A stretch of 64,000 nt of DNA from Thecamonas trahens ATCC 50062 (lineage: Eukaryota > Protista > Apusomonadida), in contig NW_013657653.1 in the NCBI RefSeq assembly GCF_000142905.1, forward strand, positions 367,008 through 431,007, written 5' to 3'. Of this stretch, positions 55,943-64,000 are shown in pieces. The notes beneath the pieces are model-generated. The model saw nothing but the letters and a program-made list of their open reading frames with translations, was not told the DNA's origin and did no database searches. The first letter of the stretch is position 1, and each line of letters opens with the position of its first letter. Both the position numbers and the translations under genes were made by a program.

Positions 55943-56572
55943 GGCTCGTAGACAGGGCGAGTGGCCGAGCAGCTACTCGCTGTGTCGGCCCCCCTGTCGC
56001 AGGATCCGCAACCCCCCCCCCCCCCCCCCCCCCACCTCTCCCTCCGCTCATGCGTCTGCCAGACGTCGCCATGACGCGCCTGCCTTTATCGATGAGCTCC
56101 AGCTCTGTCGCGGGCACGGTGCCGAAGCCAAGCGGAATTAGTGGTGATAACAAAACAGCAATACGAGTGTGTGGGGGCACGCGTGGTGGTGGTGGTGGTG
56201 GTTTGTGGGCGGGGCGGGGAGCGCGGGCAGCCGGCAGTCGACCAACGGGCAGCGGCATCGGCAGCTGGCTACGGGAGAGGGGAGGAAAGCGAGGGGGGGG
56301 GTTGGGACCTCTCACTCGACTCTTGCTCCTTACCCTGCACCCAGCCGTAAGTCCAGGGCACAGGTCTGTTGTTGGTGACAGACTTGTACTGCTGTTGCTG
56401 CTGGTACTGTTGCTGCTACTGTTGCTACTGCTGCTATACTAGGTCGACAAGGTCTACCACCAGGTGGTATGGAGCGAAACCAAGGGTCCGAGCTGGCGGC
56501 GCTAAGGGCGGCGGTGGCCCGACTGGAGAGCCAACTCCGGGCAGAGCCGAGCGCGGGGAGAACGGCGGAAGT

Positions 56573-57586
56573 ATGGTGGGTGCGGTGGGCGTGACGGGTG
56601 TGGCGGACGTGCGCGGCGCGACAAGCTCGACGGCAACAGCGGCAATGTCGGCGACGTTGGTCGAGCTGAGGGCCGAGACGCAGCGGAATTTGACGGTGTG
56701 TGCCGAGCTGGAGGCCAAAATCGCGCGCGAGCACGAGTCGCAGGCCAAGATTGCCGCTATCAACGAGCAGCTGCGGGCCGACATTGCGGCGACAAACGCG
56801 CTGCTGGCGTCCAAGGCGTCGCAGCTTCAGAGCGAGCTGAACTCGGCCGCACAGAGTACGCAGGCGATGGAGGAGACCAAAGCCCAGCTGGAGCGCGAGC
56901 TGGCAGTGCTGAACGCGCGGTTGGATGAGCAGCGGGCAGCGCAGGCGGCACAGGCGGCGCATGTGGCGGCGCCAGGTCCGGCGGGAGCGCAGCTGTTTGC
57001 GCACCACGGACAGCAGCAAGGCGTCGGGGTGGCGCCCGAGACAGCGGCACAGGACATGGCGGCCAAGCTGGCTGCGATCGATGAGCTTCGGGCGCAGGTG
57101 CTGGCGTCGTATGCGGCACCCGCAATGGTACCAAGTCCGCATGTGGCTGGCCCGCAGGCGCCGATGGCGCAACCGGGCTGGCCCGCACAGCCGGGTGCCG
57201 GGTGGCAAGGCGGGTGGCAGGGCGGATATGCAGTGGCGCAGCCGGCGGCGGCGCCGCGGCCGGCGCGGCCGTCGCTGCTGGATCGCGACGACCTGCGAGT
57301 CTCGCGGCAGCTGCTCGAGTCGCGGACTAGGGTGTTGGAGCACGGACTGGGTGGCGGGCCGCGGCCGTCACCGGCGCCGCGGACGCTCCTGCCATCATCG
57401 TCGCGCAGCGGGCACAGGCCACACTCGCCGCCGCGCCGGCCGCGGCTTGGCCTCAATCCGCCGCTCGGCTCGGTGACAACCAAGGAGTCGTCGGCGTCGA
57501 TCCGGGCCAAACGACTGCTCCCGTCGGCGCTGCTCCGGGCGTCGTACGAGGCCATGCCGTCGGAGCGCTCACGGCTCAAGCCTTAA
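56573..57586 (+). CDS. Hypothetical coiled-coil, Ala/Gln/Pro-rich protein
   Basis: Heptad region LEAKIAREHESQAKIAAINEQL...; host-like codon usage. Start uncertain; a possible GTAAGT intron begins at 56347. Confidence 0.55.
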   Translation: MVGAVGVTGVADVRGATSSTATAAMSATLVELRAETQRNLTVCAELEAKIAREHESQAKIAAINEQLRADIAATNALLASKASQLQSELNSAAQSTQAMEETKAQLERELAVLNARLDEQRAAQAAQAAHVAAPGPAGAQLFAHHGQQQGVGVAPETAAQDMAAKLAAIDELRAQVLASYAAPAMVPSPHVAGPQAPMAQPGWPAQPGAGWQGGWQGGYAVAQPAAAPRPARPSLLDRDDLRVSRQLLESRTRVLEHGLGGGPRPSPAPRTLLPSSSRSGHRPHSPPRRPRLGLNPPLGSVTTKESSASIRAKRLLPSALLRASYEAMPSERSRLKP

Positions 57587-57624
57587 CAGGATTTACCCGC
57601 CACAAAGTACAGTTACCGATGCGG

Positions 57625-58233
57625 CTAGCAGGTGGGGAGAACGCCCGAGTGGGGCGAGACATCGAGCGAGACGACAGCGGGAGTGCCTGTCGGCGTCGGG
57701 AGGCAGAGCGACGAGGCCGGCGTCTCGCGCCAAACGTCATGCGCGTAGCCGATCAAGTTGCCGGCGACCTCAAACGAGCCCGGCGTCCACCAGTACGAGA
57801 CACCGTCGTAGCTTGCTTCGGGGTCTCTCTCGGCCGACACGGCAGGCGCGCCCTCGCAGAGATCCATGACGACTGCACCGGGAATGATGAGTGAGTCCGG
57901 TTGAGCATCAACAGGAATCCAAGCGCAGGGAAACATACTCCGAACATGACCATTGGCATGCTCATACTGTTCGGCAAGACAGGCTTTGATCCGCTGCCAT
58001 AGCCACATCAGTGACCGCGATGCCGCGACTCTGACCTCAAACAGAACGACTTGGCGAGCAGGAGCGCAGCCAACGATGCGTAGTGGAAAGGCAATGACAG
58101 GAGCCACAGCCGCCGCCGCTGCCGCTGCTGCCGCCTCCGCCGCGGCAGTCTCAGCCCATCCAGGCGGCGGAGGTGGAGGAGCAGGACCAGTACATGTAAA
58201 CGGCAGAGGTGGCGGAGGTGGCGATGATGACAT
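57625..58233 (-). CDS. Hypothetical protein
   Basis: Globular-looking composition after a Pro/Ala-rich N-terminus; convergent with the previous gene. No motif recognised. Confidence 0.45.
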   Translation of the reverse strand: MSSSPPPPPLPFTCTGPAPPPPPPGWAETAAAEAAAAAAAAAVAPVIAFPLRIVGCAPARQVVLFEVRVAASRSLMWLWQRIKACLAEQYEHANGHVRSMFPCAWIPVDAQPDSLIIPGAVVMDLCEGAPAVSAERDPEASYDGVSYWWTPGSFEVAGNLIGYAHDVWRETPASSLCLPTPTGTPAVVSLDVSPHSGVLPTC

Positions 58234-58459
58234 GATGGAGAATGAGGTTGAGGCGACCTGATGGGGAGCGGGGGAGGGTGAGAGTTGGCGTGGAAGCGTC
58301 AGGGCGAGTGGCACAGCTCTCGGCGCAACTGGTCGGAGAGCTTTGTCTGTCTGTGTAGCTCATACTGGCGGGAGTGTTTGCGAGTGGGTGGTCGTGGTGA
58401 AGGCCTTGTTGTGCTCTGAGTCCAGTTGACCTGTGCTTTGCTGTGGTTGTGGGGCGAAA

Positions 58460-59161
58460 ATGGAAGGCGATTCGATTTCGAGTCTCGTTGTGGAGGATGG
58501 ACTGTGGGGCGGGACCGACGGATCGGCTGACGATAGCATGGCGGATGGTGATGGTGGCCAAGTGGCGAGGCCGATAAGGTACAAACCTGGAGTTGTGGTG
58601 CTGAGGGAGATTGCGAGGCATCAAAGAAGCACCGAGCTGCTGATCGAGAAGCTGCCGTTCCAGCGACTTGTCCGCGAAATCGCGCAGGATATCAGCCCTG
58701 ATTTCAAGTTCCAGTCCTCAGCCGTGCTTGCGCTGCAAGAGGCTTCCGAGGCGTACCTGACTGCGCTGTTTGAGGACGCCAGCCTGGTGGCGATGATTGA
58801 CAAGCGGGTGACCATCATGTCCGGCGATGTCCGCAAGGCGGTTTTGATGCGGAAACCGCCAGCAAGGCGATCGTCATGGTCGTCTGTGGCGGCATCGTCG
58901 TCTGTGGCGGCATCGTCGTCTGTGGTGGCATCGTCGTCTGTGGCGGCGGAGGCGGCGGGTGGCCTGGGAAACGATGCCCCGCTCCTGCTGCATGACGCCT
59001 TGGCGGCGTGCGGAGCTCAGATGGACGAGCGGGCCCGTGGGCATCTGGCAGCGCTGTGGCAAGCGCAGGACGAGCGGCTGGGTGTACTGTGTACCGCGTA
59101 CACGGCTCAACCGGACATGGCCGAGCTGTACGACGGGCTGGTGCGGCTGCTGAGCATGTAG
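58460..59161 (+). CDS. Divergent histone H3-like protein with acidic N-tail and C-terminal extension
   Basis: [38 protein letters not shown]...[21 protein letters not shown]...KRVTIM matches the H3 histone fold. Confidence 0.9.
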   Translation: MEGDSISSLVVEDGLWGGTDGSADDSMADGDGGQVARPIRYKPGVVVLREIARHQRSTELLIEKLPFQRLVREIAQDISPDFKFQSSAVLALQEASEAYLTALFEDASLVAMIDKRVTIMSGDVRKAVLMRKPPARRSSWSSVAASSSVAASSSVVASSSVAAEAAGGLGNDAPLLLHDALAACGAQMDERARGHLAALWQAQDERLGVLCTAYTAQPDMAELYDGLVRLLSM

Positions 59162-59206
59162 GCTGAGACGGATTTATTCGCGGTCGATTAAAGAGGCACG
59201 TGCGAG

Positions 59207-59374
59207 TCACATGGTGATGCTGCCCTCGCCTGTAACGCGGTCATAGGGGCAGCCGTTACACTTTGCGCGGGTACCGTAGTTAACGAGGCGGCAGCTGGGA
59301 CATGTCCACATGTGGACCATGCCGTCGTCGTTCTTCTTGGGGTTCTTCTTGGCAACCACGGGCTTGTTGTCCAT
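59207..59374 (-). CDS. 55-aa RanBP2-type zinc-finger microprotein
   Basis: Manual translation MDNKPVVAKKNPKKNDDGMVHMWTCPSCRLVNYGTRAKCNGCPYDRVTGEGSITM*; exact W-x-C-x2-C-x3-N-x6-C-x2-C pattern. Confidence 0.75.
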   Translation of the reverse strand: MDNKPVVAKKNPKKNDDGMVHMWTCPSCRLVNYGTRAKCNGCPYDRVTGEGSITM

Positions 59375-59669
59375 TGCTGTACGTGAGAGTCGTGTGGTGG
59401 AAACGCAAAGTAATTCAAAGGCCGAGGCCGATCTGGCTGGCTACCTGGCTGCTATCTCGGCGATTGTACCAAGGCCGGCTCGGCTGGGCTGGGTGATGCG
59501 TGATGGATGTCGCGATGTGTGGGTCACGAGGGAGATATGAGGAGGGTATATGCTGGACAGTCGCCGGTGGTGGATACAGGCAAGGGCAGTGTTGCCGAGT
59601 GCGAGGGAGAGTGTGGGCGTGGGAGAGAGGCACTTGTCGGACACGGGCGACAAGCTGTCGAGGGGACAC

Positions 59670-62600
59670 ATGAGGACAACGCGGCGGGCAAAGGTTCATG
59701 TGGGTGCACCCATGGAGCGCAGCCGTATGCGGAGGTCGACACAGTCACTGAGGCGACCGACCGCGCCGCGGCGGAAGACCCGCAAGCGCAGTAGCTCGAG
59801 CCGCGCAGCTGCAGCTGCATCTGTAGCAACACCAGGCACAACGAGAAGGCCGCGTGCCACAAGGCAGCTCTTGCCTCGGGCGACTACCGATGTCGGATGG
59901 CAACAGACTGGAGCGAGGTTGAGGTCCGAGTCTGGGTCTGAGTCTGGGTCGGAGAGATCTGCGAGGGCGTCGGCTGTGGCGCAGACGGGCAGCGGTGAGA
60001 TCCGGCCCGGAAAGCTTGCTGATGGCGCGTCCACTGAGGGCCGCCAGCAAAAGCAGTCATCGCAGCCGGCGGTGTCCAAGCGCGGGCGGCCACTGGCCAA
60101 GGCGAGGGCAGAGTACAACAAGGCTGCGAGCTTGGTGCGGACGATGAGTCAACAGACCAGGGGCATTATGTATGGGTACTCGACCAACGAGCTGGCGATG
60201 GCGCAGCGACGCTGGGCAGCGGCCGCATTTGTGGCAGAGCTGGCATCTGTTGAACTCGCGGCCGCGGCGGCGTGGACCGAGATCAGCGGCTCAGGGCGGG
60301 CCAGCAGCAAAGCGCTCGTTCGATCACAGCGCCGGTACAAGACAGCGCAGGCGAGTGCGTGCGCCATGTTTTCGGCGCTGATAGTACTTGCCTCTGTGCC
60401 GGACGTGCCGACCGCCGACGCCGAGTGGGCGGTCCCGGAGCTCTCCGGCAGTCAACACGACCCGCGGCACGCCAAGATCCAGGTTCCGCGCTCGCAGGCT
60501 GCGATGCAAAAGTCAAGGGTAGCGGCGATGACTAAGCCACCAATGCCAGCAATCGTCGCTCTCCACGGCTTTGTTTACCGTGGCTCGCCGCTCATCGCGG
60601 TCGTGCTGCAAGGCTCGAGTCAGCGTAGCACGCAGCTGGTGGCGCTCGGCACGCACGCGGGCGAAATGTTGTTTCTCGGCAGGCTGCTGTTGAAGGAGAT
60701 CAGCCTCGCTGCATGGCATGTGGTGCGCGAGGGCCAGCTCGATGACATGGACGAAGCAAGTAACTCGAGCGGGACTCTTGCTGCGGACAGCCACGAAGCA
60801 GCCGACGAGAGCGGGGACGAGAACGAGGGTGACAGCAGGAAGCGGCTCTTTGTATCACCGCGGCCAAAGTCGTCGCTGTATGGCGGTGTCAATCCGACCG
60901 ATGCAGAGCTTCAGGCGCGCCGCGCTGACCAGACTGTCGGCGCCGACACATTTTGCCGCCCCGAGTGGAGCAGCATTGCGCTGGACGGATTTGTCTACCG
61001 CGGCCGGCCGCTCGAAGCGCAGTGGGCTGCGGTTCCTGGCGAGATGCGACTGGGCCACTGTCGCTTCTCCATCCGTGTCCCGGCCGAGACCACGGCTGGA
61101 TTGTTCCGGCTTGAAGTGGGCTCGTTCCTTCTGACGGAGGACGAGTTGATGGCGGCTGCGCATGCGGTGGTGGCGGCCGGCCAGCAGCAGGACAGCGTTA
61201 GCGAGCACCCCCCGAGTCAAGGACAACTGCGGGTCGCAAGCGCAAGCGCGAGTCACACGCGCCAATCAGCGAGCAGCGACCGGTGCGCCGACGGCACAGG
61301 CTACAGTCGGCACCGCGGAAGAGTGTCAGCGACATTCCTGCCCTGCTTGTGCAGCTCTTTCCGGGCGCAACGCCGAGGAAGGACCCGCGCGATGATGTGG
61401 AGCAGGCGTCGCGGCAGTGGGCAGCGTCGCGACCGTCGCGGCGGACGGCGACCAAGATGAGTCGCATCGAGATGGAGACGCTTGTTGTTGGAGGTGTGCA
61501 GTTGCGCGCGGTTGTGAAGCGCGACTTTGCTCATCCAACCCGCGAGGGCATGGCGTACTTTGAGATCCGCGCCGATAAGGTTGTGTTGTTTGAGGGCTGG
61601 CTCACGCCCGAAGAGGTGTCATATGTGGGCTGGCGGCTGTGTGTGGAGGACGCAGGGCGGGCGATGCCTGGCAATGGAGGCGCGGCCCATGTTGCGCTGC
61701 TGGAGGCCATGTCAAACGTGGCACATAAGCTGGAGACTGTCAACCAAACGCGGACCACGGCGATACGGAGCAATGCTCGGCGGCACACGTTGTACTGGAA
61801 GCGGTTTGTGGAACGGGTTGAGGCTGCAGTGGCGCGCAAGATGCAAGAACGTACCGAGGCGAAGCGCGTGGTGAGGCAATGTGTGCCGACACAGCAGAGA
61901 GAGACGGCGACGCTGTTCAGGCCAGCGGCTGTGCAGCCTGCGAACGAGACGGTGGAGGACCTTGACAGCCGCGACTTTGTCTCGCCGTACCAAGGCGGCG
62001 AGCCCGCGTTTGATCCGCGCGACCGATCCGAGCAGAATGCACGTGCTGAGCAAGTCATGTTTGCAAAGCGGACGGGCAAGTACTCGCGTGCAGGACCCGT
62101 TGACACGCTCCCGGATGTATCCGGCTACCTGGTGAACGGGCAGCCGGTCGAGGTGGTGACCAAGACGTCGCGGTGCCATCCGATGAGCCCCGAGCTTGCC
62201 TATCACACTATTCGCGCTGGCACGCGGGAGTTCTCGGGATGGCTTTCTGTGGAAGAAGTGGCGTATGTGACGCACTGTCTTGTAGTCGAAGCGGCCGGCT
62301 CGCGGGCCATCCATCTTGTCTCGCTGGCTGCGCCGACCGGCGGCAGCTCAGGGCCCGGTGAGAAGCAGACGATGTCGACGCCGGTGCTGAGCACGTTCTC
62401 CGAGTATGATGGCCAGCCGCTGGCAGAGTGCGCGTCCAACCCGCGCGTCCGGCTTGGGCGACTCGAGAAGGCGCGCATTGCCGGCATCCGACTCAACGGC
62501 CGGGCTATCGGCGGTGGAAGTGGGCGCGCGGAGAGCCCGTTTGACCTCAGCGAATACGCCGGAGCGTTTTGGATCAGAGGTGAGCCGTTGACGATCTCAA

Positions 62601-63166
62601 CGCGCATGACGGCGCCGCACCCAAGCAATCCGGAGTTTGCGTACAGAACGGTCCGATGCGGGCGGCGAACACTGTTCACCGGATGGGCGACCAATGACGA
62701 GGTGCTCTGGATCGCGCACAAGCAGGTGCAGCTTGCGGCCGAGGATGAGAAGCGGGCAAAGGCCAGGGCCGAGCGGGCGCAGCAGAAAAGCCGCGAGCGA
62801 GCGGCGCGGCGAGCGGCGCGGCGGGCAGCGCGTGCAGCGCGAGAGCGCGCCGATGTCAAGCAGGTGAAGGCACTGGCAGCGACGCTACAGCGGGCAGGGC
62901 TCGCATGCGCTGCAGCCGCCGAGATCGAGCTACAGCAGCAGGTGATTGATCGCGAAGCAGCGGCAGCATCAGCGCGCGCCGCATCGGTGGCGTTCAAGCG
63001 GGCGGCTTTGCGGAAGCGGGCGCGGTCACGGCCGGCGGCGCGCCGTGCCGCGTTGACGGAGGATGAATGTGGCGGTGCAGTAGACGAGGCTGTGCTCGTG
63101 CGCGTGATGGGCGAGATCGAAGCTCGGGCGAGCAAGCGTAGTGAGAGAAGGAGTTTGATGGGGTAA
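59670..63166 (+). CDS. Large basic orphan protein (~1165 aa) with five copies of an unrecognised ~60-aa domain
   Basis: ORFs 59550-61460 and 61283-63166 join by +1 C at 61208-61213 (HPPESRTTAGRKRKRESH). Both halves share the repeat motif G(F/Y)h.G.Ph...F.Gwl..eEh..h. Confidence 0.65.
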
Positions 63167-63259
63167 TGAAGGCAAGGCTGGTGCGTCTGACCGCGGTGAC
63201 GGAGGATGAATGTGGCGGTGCAGTAGGCGAGGCTGTGCTCGTGCGCGTGATGGGCGAGA
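63054..63259 (+). repeat. 63-bp direct repeat (63054-63116 and 63197-63259), 1 mismatch
   Basis: tgacggaggatgaatgtggcggtgcagtag(a/g)cgaggctgtgctcgtgcgcgtgatgggcgaga occurs twice, offset 143 nt. Confidence 0.95.
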
Positions 63260-63316
63260 GGAAAGCTAGAAAGAAAAGAAGTTGGATGAATGAAGACAAA
63301 ACCGGCACAGCACACA

Positions 63317-64000
63317 TCAGGAGAGATAGTTACCGGGGACGACACCTGACATGCCCGAGGCCAAGTTGCGGGCGGTGCACCAGCCGTCGTCGTACTCTTC
63401 GAGGACCTCCACCCGGTCGCCAGCGGAACAAGTCAGCTCGTCGGGACCTTTGCCACTGAACGCGTACCGCATAGTGCGGATCATGGCCGGGGCAGCAGTC
63501 GCGTCGGGGGCCGGGGCGGGGCGAGTCGGGGCCGCCATGGTTGAGAGTGACATGGTGCCCGGCGAAGCGCCCATGCCACTCCAGGAGACCATCTCGAGAA
63601 CAGCAGCGTCGTCAACGTTGTAACTTGCGGGCTTGGAGCGGCGCGAGCGGACAACAAGGATGATGACAACGGCAACGAGGAGGACAACAAGAGCGCCGCC
63701 ACCGGCCATGACGTACAGCATGGTGCCAGAGAAGGCAGACGGCGAGTCGCTCGAGTCTTGCTGGCCAAGTGCACCAGCGCCGGCGGTGGCCGCACCACTC
63801 GATGATTCTGGAGCCGGCGGCGATGGGGTGGGGGCCGGGGTGGTGGGAGGAGCCGGCGGCGATGGGGTCGGGGTCGGGGCCGGGGTCGGGGCCGGGGTTG
63901 GGGTTGGGGTCGGGGTCGGGGTTGGGGTCGGGGTCGGGGCCGGGGTTGGGGTTGGGGTTGGAGTCGGGGCCGGAGTAGGTGCGGGGGTGGGCGCAGGGGT
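63317..64000 (-). CDS. 3' part of a single-pass membrane protein: Pro/Thr stalk, TM, cytosolic SH3 domain
   Basis: Open frame from the window edge: TPAPTPTP repeats, TM GGGALVVLLVAVVIILVV, SH3 YAFSGKGPDELTCSAGDRVEVLEEYDDGWC...SGVVPGNYL. Confidence 0.88.
   Translation of the reverse strand, partial: TPAPTPAPTPAPTPTPTPTPAPTPTPTPTPTPTPTPAPTPAPTPTPSPPAPPTTPAPTPSPPAPESSSGAATAGAGALGQQDSSDSPSAFSGTMLYVMAGGGALVVLLVAVVIILVVRSRRSKPASYNVDDAAVLEMVSWSGMGASPGTMSLSTMAAPTRPAPAPDATAAPAMIRTMRYAFSGKGPDELTCSAGDRVEVLEEYDDGWCTARNLASGMSGVVPGNYLS

Noticed and set aside
58460-59161. Calling the H3-like gene CENP-A/CenH3 or canonical H3
   Set aside because: No loop-1 insertion, Q68 and F84 retained, tail acidic rather than Arg-rich; the canonical ARTKQTARKS tail is absent.

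Overview
Gene-dense, GC-rich (roughly 65-70% by eye), intron-poor eukaryotic nuclear DNA. About 35 protein-coding genes can be supported, with short GT-AG introns (donors GTACGT/GTACGC/GTACGG/GTATGT) and two N gaps. Composition and gene content suggest a unicellular protist, possibly the apusomonad Thecamonas trahens (inference only). Recognisable genes: CK2alpha-like kinase, HCCS, DENND6, taxilin, GRIPAP1-like, CMC4, SLC35 and SLC45 transporters, RRP45/EXOSC9, ADH5, MOCS2A/MOCS2B, PITH protein, acid phosphatase and a gustatory-receptor-like 7TM protein. Nine reading-frame breaks can each be repaired by adding one base to a homopolymer run, most likely pyrosequencing under-calls. Repairing them reveals a kinase-ANK-PH-pseudokinase-ARM protein of about 1620 aa and an orphan of about 1165 aa carrying five copies of an unrecognised ~60-aa domain. 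Other highlights: (i) MOCS2A and MOCS2B in the same frame, separated only by TGA + 15 nt (bicistronic, or readthrough to a MoaX-like fusion); (ii) a divergent histone H3-like protein with an acidic tail, an altered H3-H3' interface and a C-terminal extension; (iii) a 55-aa RanBP2-type zinc-finger microprotein missing from the ORF track; (iv) a prokaryote-type sulfide:quinone oxidoreductase-like gene. No rRNA, tRNA, CRISPR or transposon was recognised. All family assignments are by motif recognition, without database searches.
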